DNA of 63,976 nt, the filler included, from Saprolegnia diclina VS20 (taxonomy: Eukaryota), in assembly GCF_000281045.1 (NCBI RefSeq). It is 4 parts of 2 records of this genome, joined end to end, with 100 filler letters (N's around TTAATTAATTAA, not from the genome) between each part and the next. Parts side by side here need not be neighbours in the genome. Positions count along the whole stretch, not along the records: positions 18,361 to 49,165 come from NW_008246092.1; 3 more parts are not named here. One strand, given 5' to 3'. How positions within the stretch are numbered: position 1 is the stretch's first letter; each line of letters opens with the position of its first letter. Below are positions 35,552-49,265 of this stretch, in pieces. The notes under the pieces were generated by a model. The model made no database searches, was not told the DNA's origin, and saw nothing but the letters and a program-made list of their open reading frames with translations. The position numbers and the translations under genes are program-made.

Positions 35552-38284
35552 ATGTTTGGGGGCGGCCACCAACAAGAGAGCCTGCGCGACGCCCAGCGGA
35601 AGCGCCAAAACGAGTACTCGCAGGCGCTCGCCGAGCAAGTGCGGGCGCAGGAAGCCAAGAAGAAGGCGGAGCGCGACGCGCTGCGGTACGCCCGCGAGCC
35701 AGAGGAAGCGACCAACGGCGGCCTCTTTGCCGGCTTTGGCAACAACCACGCGTACGGCAAAAACCACGCGCGTGGCCACCACGTCGAGAAGATGGTTGCG
35801 GCAACCAAGGCGCCGCCGCCAATGGAAGCCCCGCCTGACATGCCACAGGCGCCGGGACATGGGCCGCCAGGAGGGTTCTATGCCCCGCCAGTGCACGACC
35901 ACGCCCCTTTTCACGAGCAGCACCAGCAGGGTCCGCCACCAGGACAACCATATCAGCAGCAACATCATTTTCAGCCAGTTCCAGGGCATCACCACAGCCA
36001 ACCGCCGCAGTACTCGCATCAGCAACAGCTCTACCCCCCGACGATGGCCCACCCTCATGTACCTCCCGACCCGCACGACTACCGGGGTGGCCGTCATGCG
36101 TACGAGCAGGACTCGCACTACCAGCATATGACGTCGCCCCGGCATGGGGGCGACTACGAACACGGAGCCATGCCACTGCCGCACCCGCCGCCGATGCAGC
36201 CTCAGAGCTCGAGCCCACCGCCGCCATCGCACGTTGCGGCGCCGCCAGGCACGTCGCACGGTCGGCGTCACATGCTCCAAACGAATCCCAATATGGACGC
36301 GAAGAAGGCGCAGCAAGCTCAGGCGCAAGCCTCGTTGCAGCAGCAGATGGAAGACAACAAGCGGCGCAAGGCCGAAGAGAAGCGCAAGAAAGACGAAGAG
36401 GACCGGGCCGAGCTCCAGCGCATCGAAAAAGAGCTCCAGCGCCAAGCCGAGCAGTACGAGCTAGAGAAGCAAGCCAAGGCGAAAGACCAGCGGCTCAAAC
36501 AGCAAGTTCTCGAGCAAGATCTCAAGGCGCGCCAGGACGCTACCAAGCCACCTAGTGTACACGAACAAGCGCAACATGAAGAGCCACCACAAGTGCATCG
36601 CGAGCTACCGTTCGAACGCCCGTTCTCGCCGCAAGACAACCACTGGCAGCAACCACAACCCATGGACCAGCGCGGACCCTCGCCATTCGGGCAGCACGGA
36701 GGACCCGCTCCGTGGCAGCAGCATCAGCCGCAACAGCACCAACCAATGGCGTGGCACTCACAGCACCAGCCATACTCGGACCATGCACCGTCGTGGGGCC
36801 CCCCGCACGCATCGCATCCTGGCGCGTTTGAGCACCCCCATTCCGCCCCTTTTTTGCAGCCGTCACCGTCGATGCCAAGCTTGATGGATGAGCGCTTACA
36901 CTACTTGACGCTGGAGCTGAGCCGGCAACGCGCACTTGTGGAGCAACTCGTGTACCAGAAAGCGCCGCCGCTGCCCGCGCCTGTTCCAACAGTTAATGAC
37001 CTCGAGCGCCTCCGCATGGAAATGCAAGCCGAACTCGACCGACGCGACATGTTGCACCAGCAAGAACTCAACCGGCTTCGACAAGAGCACAGCGTGCGTG
37101 CACCGGTGTATGAAGGCAGTCCCCGGCGTAAACCGCTCACTGTGTCGTTCCCTCATGAGCCTACATTGGCTGAATCGCGAATGTCCCTACCACCGAGCCC
37201 CGGGCGACCCACGGTAGCGCCCAGCCCGACGGAGAAAGCATTCCCAGGCAACGGAGGGGCCTACCACATGCAATCGCACACTGAGCTGACGCACCAGCCA
37301 TCGGCGAAGGCGCTACGCCGGGCGCCAACGGCAGTGTCGCGGGAGATGTCGCCGCGTCGGTCCATTCCGATTCGCGCACCGCCGAGCTCACCACCACGCT
37401 CACCCATTGGCAAGCCCTTCCCGGGTGCTGCGCAGTACAACCTGAACGCCACGAGCAGCGGTCTCTCACCAAAGAAGACGCGCAAGAACGCACCGATCGC
37501 GCCTGCGCAAAGAACACCTGCGCCACAAGTGGCGGTGCCAACACCGCGGGCCTCTCTGGAGCCAAACTTGAACCCGGACGAGGTTGATGACGACGACGCC
37601 AACGAGCTCCCAGCGCTGTCGTCGGTCGTCGAGTGCAATGAACTCGACGCGCAATCGGCATTTGTCGAGACGGAGATCCCGGCCATCATCGAGTGCGAGA
37701 GCCAAATGATCTACTTTGACGGAAGTGTGGACGCCAACAACATTCCCGAAGCGCCGTCCCTGCTCACGACGACACCAGTCACGACTGCCGCACTGGAAAT
37801 GTCGGTCATCATATCGACACCAGAAGCGATCACGCTGCCACCGGCGACGGCGTCTTCTGAGAAACACCTTGGACTCCAAAATGTGGTCGAGGAAGACAAC
37901 CAATTTGTGGTTGCTGCGCCGTCCACCTTTGATTCTGGCGAGGGCCGATACGACCTCCTGGGTGGGAACCAGGTCGACGACAGCTTCGACATTGATGAAG
38001 TTTACGAGCGCAACTGTGAACGCAAACTGCTGCTTCATGTACGTGCTGAAGACCCTCGGAAGGTACTCACTCATTGGCTTGCTGCAGAAAATGACGGCCG
38101 AGCCGCACCACTTGGAGAGCCTCGTATCGACGTTCAAGGCCGTTGGCTCCCGACGGACTTCGCGACCGGTATATTTGCCGTCGAACTATTTACCTGTAAT
38201 GGCCTTTAGGTCGAGAATGAGCGCATGCTTGGGAGCTCGACGTGGCTGCAGGAAACCCCGCGCTGGCTCACGCCAAGTCTCTAG
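35552..38284 (+). CDS. Gln/Pro/His-rich coiled-coil protein, CCDC66/CSPP1-like
   Basis: Long ORF with YSQALAEQVRAQEAKKKAE and LQQQMEDNKRRKAEEKRKKDEEDRAELQRIEKE. Two probable 3' introns lead to the stop at 38284. The family call is by motif resemblance only. Confidence 0.65.
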
Positions 38285-38391
38285 CACCGTAATTTACGAA
38301 AGAAAAACGTTCCAAAATACCGTTCCGGATAAAAAATTGTGAGCGGATTTTCAAAAGATCGCGGCAGTTGAGCAAGAGACGCGTAGCACGC

Positions 38392-38754
38392 ATGGCCCCA
38401 CCGACGGAAACTGCACCAGAAGGGACGGTCAAGGAGCGCCGGGACCCGAAGATCACCTTGGTACATGGGCTACACGCGGCTAGATGCATTGAACCGACGG
38501 CGTAGATGCGGGTCGAGATGACGACCGCCATGAAGGACGAGGCCATTTCGCACGTCGCCGAGAGCCTCGTGACCAATCTCATCGAGAAGGACATTGCGAC
38601 CGACATGAAAAAGTATTTTGACCAAAAGTACGGACCCACGTGGCACTGCATCGTCGGCAAAGGCTTTGGCTGCTCGATCGCGTACGACACGCAGTTCCTC
38701 CTCTTCTTCAAGATGGACCAGCACTACCTGCTCCTCTTCAAGTCGACCGAGTAG
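38392..38754 (+). CDS. Dynein light chain, LC8 family
   Basis: IEKDIATDMKKYFDQKYGPTWHCIVGKGFG. Exon 38392-38460 and intron 38461-38505 are in frame. Confidence 0.9.
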
Positions 38755-38800
38755 TGCTGTGAATATACTTTCAATGTAGATACATGCAAACCACAACGAG

Positions 38801-41570
38801 CTACGCCTCGGCCTCGGGCGACGCCTTTTGGTAGTGGGCGAACGCGTGCTTCTTGGCCGCGCCGTCGACGTACGCAAGGAGCTCGTCGCTCATGTAGTAC
38901 GTGCCCGTGGCCTTGTTGACCTTGCAGTCCTACAGCAGGCGTGACGCTGTGCTCGGCGATATGTTGCGATGACGCACCTCGCAAAAGCAGAGGAGGATCG
39001 TGTCGATCGCTGTCTCGTAGACGTTGAGGAACATTGTCGCGATGCCATAGGCGAGGAGGCCGCAGACAAGCAGCGGAAAGACGGGGCTGTTGATGTTTGC
39101 GACGTCGCCGAGGAAGAATGCTGGGAGCTGCTTGGGCGGGTTCGTAATGAAGAGGAAGAGCATCATGCACGAGAAGGCCGTGATGAAGATCTTCCCGAGG
39201 AAGAGAAGGAAGGTCGTGATGACGCTCACGGTCGCGACGCGCGCCGCGTTGGCGAGAAGCAGCGAGAACGACTCCTTCATCGACGAGCAGAACCCGTCGC
39301 CCTTCATGGCCACGATTATGTACGCGTTCCTAGGTTGGTATCAGTTCTGCATCTCAAATGGGCGCAGACTTGTTGAGGAACTTGATGCATTTCTCAAAGC
39401 ACCAGAGGCAGCACTTGAAGCAGAGCATAGCGACTTTGACGAGCGTGTTTTGCTGGGCCGACTTGAGCTTCTGGTCAATGTACTCGAGCACGAGGCGGGC
39501 AAACTGGATGATGGCGACGATGAGCGACCCAAACGCGAGCGTCCCGAGGTGGTAGCGCAGCGCGCGATAGAACGACGCGATGATTGGAATGCGCCCGATT
39601 GTCTATGGAGACATTGACTGATGACGCTGCGCTGTCACGCGCACGCACCGATTTGTCTAGCGTCCAGTAATACTCGCAGACGGCGCCGGCCATCGCCATG
39701 TACCCGAGGTCCGAGAGGAATTGGACCGACCAGAGGAGTCCTACGTGACGCAGATCCCAAACCTGCTCTCGTATCAATCGATCTTACCAAAGAGGTGGTA
39801 GATGAGGAGGTAGTTGAGTACGTTGTCTTGCTCCATCGAAAACTGCGGCCGCGTCTGACCCGTCGCGCTGCCCACCGTGTCGACAACCGAGCCGAGCGAG
39901 ACAGCCCCGGACGTCGCCAAGTACGCGGCGGTAATGATCCAGTAAATGACAAAGCCGGTAATGAAAAAGGCCGGAACAATCGGGAAGAGCACGAGGAAAG
40001 GAAGGCGCCCGATGGCTTTCGACGCTTCGCGGATGATGCCGACCGCGATGTGGATGCGCCCGCACATGAAGATGAGGAGGAGGAGCACGACGACGTCGAC
40101 AGCGATGAAAATGTACGCAGCGTACGTCCAGTAGAGCGTTTGCGCGTTGACAAAGTTGATTTGCGCCGACGCCGAAGAGACGTCGGCCGTGATCGTAGCC
40201 ACTTGGGCGGCCGAGAGACCTGACTTGAGGAGCGTGCTGGAGATATTGGTGTTGTCTACATCGCATAAGAGACGAGTGGAGTACGGTGGACGTACTGAGG
40301 AGCTCGCCGCGGTACGCGAGGAAGAAGGTTGTGATGAGCAACATAGCAATGACCAAGAGAATCGTGAGCCATACGAAAAAGCCGGCGCAGAATCGCATCA
40401 AGACGAGCCAGACAAAGCCGAGAATGAGCGCAAACTAGGTTAGAACGTTGAGATTTGCAACGAGACGACGAGAGAGGGTGTACCAAGGCGCCGCAAATCA
40501 AGACGGGGACCGCGGCCTTTTGCAGGTCCGAGAACCAGCCCATGATCATAAACCAGCCCGAGTTCATCGCATCAAAGATGGGCGATTGATTTGCCGGCTG
40601 CGATGTTGTCGTCTCGGTTTTCTACGTCGTTCGTATCGGTCAGTATCGACTCGAAAGATTGATGCTAGACGGACAAGCTGCACGTTCTTGCACGACGAGA
40701 GATGCTTGCGCTGGTAGTTGGTGCAGCCCATGCTGCCACAGTCGTAAAATGTAGAGTTGGACCCGCAAATGCTCGTGTTGGGGCTGGACGACGGGCAGTC
40801 GTCAACGCAGCGCACATAGTTGATCTGCTCTTGGTCAGGCAGCTCCAAGCAGCGATACATGACTAGTAGACTTGAGACCGTTCCTTTCGATTGGATAGAA
40901 GGGCATACCGCTGGTCGTGTTAATGTAGATCTTGAAGGGCGAGCCCGCGGCCGTGTCCTCCACGGACGCGCCGTACGAAACATTGGTCGTGCTCACGACA
41001 TCGTGCTTCTCGTACGACACGAGCGCGTGCACGTAGAGCGGGTCGCCATTAGCGTCCAAGCTGCTCGGGCACGCCGAGACGCAGACGCCGTAGAGCTTCT
41101 TCAAGTTGGCGGGGTCCGTCGGGTCAAACTTGGTGTCAAGTTGCATGTCGTAGAGGTCCTGTGCGAGACGCGGGTACGCGAGGTACGTGTAGTTGGTCAA
41201 GTCGTACGCCGGCACGCCGTTGGCCGCCGACGTCGACTGCGTGCCGCAGATTCGACCCTTGAAATCCATGCCGTACGCAAGCCTACTCGAGCGTGAGCAA
41301 CGCAGCTCTTGTCGTGCTGCGTACCGCTGCGGCTGGCCCTTGGTGTAGCTAACGATCGAAATGACGGCCATGCCGATCCAGAAGAGCACAAAGAAGAGGA
41401 GGCAGAGCACGTCCGTGCACTTGCGGCTCGACTTCTTGAACGGACTGCCCTCCGTTCCGTCTTGACCGCCCTTGGCTGGCGCCTAGTGCACGTGGCCATG
41501 AGCGCAGGTCGTAAGGCGGTCGTTCGTCTACCGTCGGCTCGGTGATGGGCTTGCTCGTCTTGCTGCCCAT
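38801..41570 (-). CDS. Choline transporter-like protein (CTL/SLC44 family, multi-exon)
   Basis: RKCTDVLCL, YGMDFKGRICG, CVSACP, RYHLGTLAFGSLI, CFKCCLWCFEKCIKF, NAYIIVA.KG.GFC and AIDTILLCFCED. Many TM helices. Confidence 0.92.
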
Positions 41571-41704
41571 GATGCAAATCTCAAAGTGGAAACCCCTGCC
41601 TTTCACGGCAAATTTATAGAATCCGTTTCTCCAATTTGACGTTTCGTGGCATATTGAGAAGTAGTCCGGATCATCTTGCCGACGTACCCAACGACACCAT
41701 TGCC

Positions 41705-43744
41705 TTAGCAAATAAGTTCTGAACCAGAGATACCGGCCGTGGGTGCATCAACTGTGCACGACAAGGTGCTACTAGCTCCACGTTTGACGACATGCCGGTT
41801 CCCAGCCCTTGCAGCCACCAGGTGCAGCGCTTGAAGAGAGACATTACTGCACCATGTTATGCTTCGTGTTGATAGCGTTGGATGTATGTGTTGCGACTCG
41901 TCGTCGCAGGCCCTAGAATCATGTCCAAGTACACTCGTATGACTGCGTCATCGTAGAGAGAGCTCGTTGGCGTCACGACGTACTCCATCGCATCCTGCAC
42001 AACCTGACGTCGGTCGGGTCTACGTCATAATTTGACGTTAGAACCTCGCATTATCGAGGTTGTACGTGGAGAGCGCGAGCTTGGCGAGTGCTTTGGCGGC
42101 TAGCCGCTGTCCGTCCACGTCCCACGACGCGTCCACGAGCAGCGAGACAAAGAGCGAGACGCATTGAAACCGATCCACGACCCGGTCCCGCGCGTCCTCT
42201 TCCTGGAGCACAATGTTGAGGATTTGCAGCATTTGGCGCCGTTGGCTCGGGGCGTACAGCATGTCGATACAGATGGCGAGGATGTCGTCCTGCATCAGTC
42301 GGTGCACGAGCGATTCCTTCATCCGCGGGCTCTCATCGCGCTCCAGCAGCGAGGCAATGACTTCAGTGGCGACGTCGCGGATGGGTGGCGCCGTGTTGCA
42401 AAGCATCGCGATGAGACCGTTGCAGTGCAGCGGCTCGCCCGACTGCAAGAGGATACGGCCAAGGAGCTGCGCCGCCTGCTCTTGAATCCCGCTGGGGTAC
42501 GTAGAGGCTGCACTGGTTAGCGATAGCAAGTAGTCGATGGCGCCGGGGTCCGACAGGACGGTGCTTGTCGAGAAGGCAGCGACTGACTGCATGACGGAGA
42601 GAAATCGACCAAGCACGACCATGTGGACAGTATGCGACGTGCGAAAGCTGCTGCCTGCCACGTGCAAGAGCTCGGTGAAGATAGCACGCTCCGCACTCGA
42701 GCCCGCCATTGCGGCGGCCCAGTCGTCTTCGGTGGCAGCCAACAGAAGGAGCTGCTTGGACGCGACATCAAGGCTCTTGGGTTGCTTGCTGTGCAAGAGG
42801 TACATGATTTCTTGCAGCGCCATGGGCGGCGACGACTGGTTGGACCGACTGCTGCGCGGCCGACGACCGAGTAGCGCAGAGTCCTGGAGGAGACAGAGCG
42901 TTGCGTCAATAGCGTGGGCAGCCTCCGGTGTCTTGACCGCGTCGACGAGCGCGAGGAGCCGGCTCGAGATGCCTTCTTCGAGCAAGAGCGTCTGGGCTTC
43001 GCGGCTCTCGGCGCAGAACGTGTGCAGTAGGCGTAGCAGTGTTGTAGGTACAAACGGGTCGTCTGGCAAGCGCTTCGTCGCCAAAAGCTGCGTGAAGAGG
43101 CGGGCAGCGCTGAGACAGTCGACCGACATGCAACGCTCGAGCACTTGGAGCGCAAGACGCAAGACTATAGCAATCCTAAGCGTATTCTCGACGAGGTTGC
43201 ATTGCGTACTTTGCATGTCGGAGGAAAAGAGAAGCGAGCCGAGCACCTTGAAGGCGCCACAAGCCAGGAGGTCGGAGATGGCCACGATTGGGTCCTGCGT
43301 CATGGTCCAGAGCAGCTGCACCATGTAGAGCTACACTGACAACATGAGCATGCGTTTGTACGTGTAGTGAAGGCAATACCTGCCATTGGGACCAGGACGC
43401 AACGACCCGCTTGAAGGCGTCCAGAGGCGGCTCGTTGTCGTTGTAGGCGGGTTCCGTGTCGACGACGGCGTAAATGTGCTCCTCGGGCGCTACATATTTC
43501 GGCGTCATGCATTTGCATAGGGCTAGGCAAAGCCAATTGCAGTACTGAGCACTTGGGCGACCACGAGGGCGGGCGGGAGGAAGCACCCGGACGCGTTGGT
43601 GATGGCACGGATCGACACGGGTGGCTTGGCGCGAAAGACCGATGCGTACGCCACCTCAGCCGCGCCCATAAGGCACGCTAGCGTGTCGCCCTCGCCGCAA
43701 GAGATGACGTAGTGGTCGGCCGCCACGTGCACGTAAAGTAGCAT
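41705..43744 (-). CDS. Armadillo/HEAT-like repeat protein (multi-exon; ends approximate)
   Basis: 428-aa Leu-rich helical exon with ARM-like segments (LLEEGISSRLLALV, PGAIDYLLSL...QEQAAQLL, QRLAAKALAKLA). Upstream exons begin at ATG 43744. Confidence 0.65.
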
Positions 43745-44101
43745 GGGCCTGCTCGCTGCCCTTGCCTTCCAAGATCGGGCGTGGTATCCGGAATTCCTAC
43801 CTACGTGGCGTTTTCATTTTTTATATCCGGAAATAGGTTTGAAATATAGTGTTAATTGGTTGCACCACATTGTTGTTGCGCTAGTGTACTGTTGTCATGG
43901 TACGAGGCAGGGTAGCAGTCTACTATTGCTTACTTGTTGCATCTCTTGTGATGCCTGCCACACCACGTGCTTCAGGGCAGGTTCTACAAGGCCGCCCAGG
44001 AGTGCACCGTTGCGTACACTAAATAGGTTATATAACTCTATTTCCGACTTCTCGTCTGGGGCGTGACGACTGGAAGGTCAAAAGCACTTTTTACCAAGAG
44101 G

Positions 44102-45699
44102 ATGGCGTCAATCGAGCAAGCAGGTATCTTCAGCGCCCTCGAGTACTTGGCGTCGCTGGCTGCCAAGTCCAACTACGACTCGGAGAACGTCGAGGTGGGT
44201 GTGCAGTGCCTCAAGTAAGCGCGTTACGACCTAGCGACGTGGCGCGACCATGGAATCTAGGGAGGCGTTCAACGTCGACCCTGCGAGCGCAGCGACGAAG
44301 CAGGCGCTTGGCCTTGGCCAGCATCAGTTTGCCGACATCTTTGCCGCTGGCTGCAAAGCGCTTCACATTTCGTTTGAAGCTGCGGCGCCTGCCGCGCCGG
44401 AAGACCCGGTCATCGCTGCGAGTACGTTGCAGTGGTCGACGTGCAAAAGCTCAGACGACGATCTTCTATAGACCCGGCGCTGTGGCAAAAGTGGGTCTCG
44501 AAGCTTGAGACCAAGGGTTTCTTCGCGGGCGTCCAGAAGGGCACGCCGGGTACGTTCCACGCACCTTGCAGGCGCTTGTCGGCTCATGCGCACGCTCGTA
44601 GAGTACAACCAGCTCTACCAAAAGGCGCTCGGCAAGTTCAAAGAAAAGTTCGAGGCCAAGCCGACGCTCTCCAAGGAGCAGAAGGAGGCCAAGGCCGAGG
44701 AGCTCAAGGCGAGCGGCAACGCGGCGCTGACGGCCAAGGACTACACCAAGGCCGCGGACCTCTACAAGCAAGCGATTTCGTTTTCGGCTGACGGCCCCAA
44801 CTCGCACATCTACTACTCGAACCTCGGCGCCGCCCAAATGTACTTGGAGGAGTACGAAGACGTTGTGGCGTCGTGCGAGAAGGCCATTGCCATCAACGTA
44901 CGTTCCATCATGTTCGAATGGCTTAGCTCACCATTGTCTTCGTTTCATAGCCCAACTATGGCAAGGCCTACTCGCGTCTCGGCTCGGCGTACGTCCAGCT
45001 CGAGGACTTTGACGCTGCGATCGATGCCTACCAGCGCGGCCTTGAAGTCGACCCGACCAACGCTGCGTGCAAGGCCGGTCTCGCCGAAGCCAAGGGCAAG
45101 AACCAGCGTCTTCAGGTACATGGGTCCGCACTTAGCGCTACGCAGCTAATGTCTTGTGCTAGCCGACGACGCGCGAGGCGCCTGCGGCCGGTGGCATGCC
45201 TGGCGGTATGCCCGGCGGTATGCCCGGCGGTATGCCCGATCTGAGTGCGTTGGCGGGCTTGATGGGCGGTGCTGGTGGTGCCGGCGGCCTCGCGGGCCTC
45301 ATGAGCAACCCTGCGATGCAGCAGATGGCGGCGCAGATGATGCAAAACCCGCAGATGATGTCGATGGCCCAGAACATGATGCAGAACCCGGCCATGATGA
45401 GCCAGATGATGGGTGCCATGGGCGGTGGCGGCGGCGCGGGTGCCGGTGGCATGCCGGACCTCAGCTCGATGCTCACGCCCGAAATGATGGAGTCGTTCCG
45501 GACCAACCCGCAGGTACGTTGCTGCCTTGCAACATTTGACTCACCGACACTTGACTAGGTGAACGCAATGCGTGGCGACCCCGACATGGCCGACTTCTTC
45601 CGCGACATGGACGCAGGCGGCCCGCAGGCGGCGATGCGGCACATGTCCAACCCTGCCGTGGCGGCCAAGCTCCAGACCTTGCTCGGTGGCATGATGTAA
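44102..45699 (+). CDS. SGTA: Small glutamine-rich TPR co-chaperone SGTA/Sgt2 with STI1-like C-terminus (multi-exon)
   Basis: Dimerisation motif ENVEVGVQCL.EAF; TPRs AEELKASGN...IYYSNLGAA...YGKAYSRLG; GGMP repeats; MSNPAM...MMQNP motifs. Confidence 0.88.
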
Positions 45700-45845
45700 G
45701 CCGACGTAATGAGACCTGTTGTGGGTGTTTCGCGCCTGCAAGGAGTCGAAACGGACTTTTCAAGAGAAGGCGGCTCGGCGAAACCAACGACTGGTCGGCA
45801 GAGCCTAGCATTCTAGTTTTCGCTCTCCGCTAAGCAAAGGTACTC

Positions 45846-46582
45846 ATGGGCCGCCATCAGTACACGACGAAGCCCCAGACATGGTTCTTCCTGAGCAAGC
45901 CTCGCATGTCGCCAACGGCGCGCTCGGTTGACCGGTGTACGCTTGAATCACGGAGGTGGCTAGTGCGAGACGCGGCCAAAAGGTGCTCACGTTCGCGACC
46001 TTGCCAACAGACGATCGCCCGAGACCTCGCTCTCGGTATCGAAGGACTAGTGCGTGCTCGCGCCCGCATCGGTGGGCGAGGCCCGACCCAACTGGGGCGC
46101 GTGGTTGCGTGGGTTTTGTCTTCTTTCGCCACGATGACTCGGCGACGGCGGGACAAGTTGTGGCGGCGCGATGGTCCGACAAGACTCTCACGGTAGCCAA
46201 CGCCAGTGGCGCCTTCGACGTCGGAGCGGATGAGGTGCAGCGGGGCCACCCGGTTGGAGCCTCGGATTTGTGGCGAATTGAGGATGAACTCGGCAACGGC
46301 GCCACGGCCACGCGACGCTTCACAGCTAAAACACATTGTTCGAGACCATGTGCAGCCGAATTGAAGACTCGACGCGACGCCGACAGCGGACACTCGGTTC
46401 GAGATCCGCGCACCAGCGACTGGCGAACGCACGACTCGATCAGTCCAGCACGTCGCCGACTTCTTTCCTTTCTAGCCATGGAATGTCACGGGCGCCGGGA
46501 GGATGCGGCCGTCGGTGCGACGTTCTGGAAAGACCCGCTTTGAACGCTTACCGGCCGTTGCGGGAGCACCACACGCCCCGTA
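45846..46582 (+). CDS. Possible hypothetical protein or gene remnant running into a gap
   Basis: ATG 45846, overlapping ORFs and intron-like GT...AG segments. No recognisable domain. Confidence 0.25.
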
Positions 46583-46718
46583 NNNNNNNNNNNNNNNNNN
46601 NNNNNNNNNNNNNNNNNNNNNNNNNNNNNNNNNNNNNNNNNNNNNNNNNNNNNNNNNNNNNNNNNNNNNNNNNNNNNNNNNNAGGGATGTAGTAGTATAG
46701 ACTCAATTGAAAAGTGGT

Positions 46719-47378
46719 TTATTCGGCCGTGAACTTTTGGACGTTCTCCAAGAACGTGACGTACTCCTTCTGCTCCTTGAGGTCAGCGTACTCCATGATA
46801 AAGTTGGCCAAGTCGTCGTTGATGTGGCGGTCGTTGAGGTAGTCGGCGAAGGCTTCCTGCACGTCGTTTTCGAGGTCGATGAAGCGCGGGCCATGGTACG
46901 CCGAGTTGTCGACTTCATCGGCGTTCTCCTCCAGGTGCATGACGCTGTCGATCGTCAAGATGGAGCTCGCGACGCAGTCAAAGATGAGCGCTTCGTTGTT
47001 CTTGACGATGCGCGCCGTGAAGCGGATGCTCGGCAAGACGTCGTCTTCCTCGTCGCCTTCGTAGTCGCCCTCGGCCTCCTCTTCCTCGTCCTCGTACTCG
47101 CCAGCCTCGGGCTCAGCCACGTCCTGCACGTTGAAGTTGATGTCGATGATCTCGTTGGCGGTCTTGCTCTTGAGCGTGATGCCCACGTTGCCCGGCGTAT
47201 CAGTGATCTTGAAGTGCTTGAGCACCTTCTCGCGCAGCGTCTCGAGCTCTTCGCCGACAAAGCAGTTGGCCTTCTCCTCCGCGAGCTCGCGCGCGAGGAG
47301 CGACGAGAGGTCCGATGAGAAGGCGCGGACAGGCATGGCCGTGCGGAGGGCGCGGAGCGACGAGAGGCGAGAGAGCAT
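46719..47378 (-). CDS. MAM33: Mitochondrial acidic glycoprotein (MAM33/p32/C1QBP family)
   Basis: Presequence MLSRLSSLRALRTAMPVRAFSS; LARELAEEK; YHGPRFIDLENDVQEAFADYLNDRHINDDLA...KEQKEYVTFL. Confidence 0.92.
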   Translation of the reverse strand: MLSRLSSLRALRTAMPVRAFSSDLSSLLARELAEEKANCFVGEELETLREKVLKHFKITDTPGNVGITLKSKTANEIIDINFNVQDVAEPEAGEYEDEEEEAEGDYEGDEEDDVLPSIRFTARIVKNNEALIFDCVASSILTIDSVMHLEENADEVDNSAYHGPRFIDLENDVQEAFADYLNDRHINDDLANFIMEYADLKEQKEYVTFLENVQKFTAE

Positions 47379-47829
47379 GTTGATCGGTGGCGGATGCAAA
47401 ATGAAAGGGTGGCTCCTGCGCGCTCCGCGCCTTCGAACTTCGAGACCCCACTTGGTGTTTGTTGGGAAAGCTTCGAAGATCGCCCTTTTCGAGAAAGTCC
47501 CAACGAAGTTCGAAGTGCAATGTGACCGCAGAATCGCTGAGCTTCGGCCTCCTGCGACGTCCGCGCCGCCAGCGTGATAGCCATGGGGGTCGCCATCACT
47601 GGCAACGATCGCGTGCACACCCTGCAGTGCTGCATGTGACTTGCGTAGGTAGAGGTCGAGAGCCTACTAGTAAATTTGGTTTACAGACAAGCCACACGCC
47701 AAGTCCAACCAAGCGGTTTGTCCTCTTCGTACTGCCGGATACACAACCATACACTACTAGTAGCGAGAGCGATTGTAGCTGGTCATGCGTATCTATCTAT
47801 CTTTTAATTGAATAACGACTTTTTTGCGC

Positions 47830-48385
47830 GAAGCGCGGCACGAGCGCAGCGAGGGCACCCGGCGGTAGCCGGGCCCGTGCGATAGCACGGTAGGGCAAAA
47901 TGAAGTCTCAACATGGTCTTCCGGCGTGCGCAGCGCGTTGGGAAGGGTCGGGAAGTGTCGAATTCGGTTAAGTACGAGTGGCAGGTCAATGTCGTCAAGA
48001 CGTATCTTGATATCACTATTGGGTGGACAAAATCGCGGTTAAGTACGGAAACGCACCTTATAGGATTCACGCACCTTGGCCAACCCGCGCGCAGCGCGCC
48101 ACGAGCGAAGCGAGTCGACCTGGCGTAGCCGGGTCCTGCGCGATAGCGCGAACCACGAGCGCAGCGAGTGCACCCGGCGATAGCCGGGGTCCGCGCGGTA
48201 GGGTAATATGCCATGCACGAGCGTAGAGAGTGCATGTGCCATCGATGCGCGCAGCGCCAATCCCGAGTGTAGCGTGTGCACTTGCGATAGTGCACGGCAG
48301 CGTGGTAGGATAATGTGCGCGATAGCGCAATGTACGAGCGTAGCGAGTGCATTTGGTATCGATGGGTCCTGCGCGATAGTGCGGG
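47830..48385 (+). repeat. Degenerate ~55-60-bp repeat array
   Basis: acgagcg[c/a/t]ag[c/a]gag...gggtcc.gcgcgatag recurs near 47839, 48101, 48155, 48217 and 48334. Confidence 0.7.
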
Positions 48386-49265
48386 ACCTTGAAGCTTTGT
48401 TGCATTGTGTTAGGTCAAAGTATTAGGTCACTCTGTTAGGATCGCATCTGTGTTACGTTTGGTTTGCAGGTTTTTATTGCGCGCCACGCACGGAGCAGAA
48501 GATCAGGTCATAGTGGGGACGCCAGCTTCTGGGGCCGAGCGCAAGCGCGAGCAGCAGATGCGTCAAGCTGCATGCGCCCTGGCGACATCTACTCTGACCG
48601 AGGAGGCCAAGGAGCTCAAGCAGAAGATCACCGCGAGGCAGAGGTGACGGCAGCGAAGCAAGGCGTCGATGGCAACCGCCATTGCGCCTCCTGGCGAAGC
48701 GTACGCGTCCAGCGGCGCCTGCCACAGTGGAAGTGCTGGGCCCTCTCAATCCGAGTAGCGATTCTTTAAACCACCTCATGAACGTTATACAACCTGCAAT
48801 GTTGATCATTCCGCGATGCTGCAGCAAGCTGTTGTGCGTGAAGCGTCCTGCTATGCAGTATTGGACCCAAGTGCCGAAACGATGCGAAGGTTGAAGCGGC
48901 TAAGAAAGAGCTCTTCCCGGCGATGGCTCTAACAATAACAATCTACATCTAAGCGAGATTGGGACGATGCACCACCCTCACCGCACAATGGAAAATGAAT
49001 TTGACGTTGTTCCACTGGAGCCCTACAAAGAATCCACCAGGTGCACCGTAGCACAGCGGAGGTTGCACCGCAGTGTCGTTTCCGGCTGAAGGCCGGTAGC
49101 GGCCCGCTGGGCACTGCAACGAAGCGTAGGTCGCGTCCGTCGCACGCGTCCGTCACACATTCGCCNNNNNNNNNNNNNNNNNNNNNNNNNNNNNNNNNNN
49201 NNNNNNNNNTTAATTAATTAANNNNNNNNNNNNNNNNNNNNNNNNNNNNNNNNNNNNNNNNNNNN

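Noticed and set aside
35552..43744. CCDC66-like, dynein light chain and ARM-like genes as a ciliary gene cluster
   Set aside because: Two of the family calls are tentative and a choline transporter intervenes. Proximity in a gene-dense genome is weak evidence.
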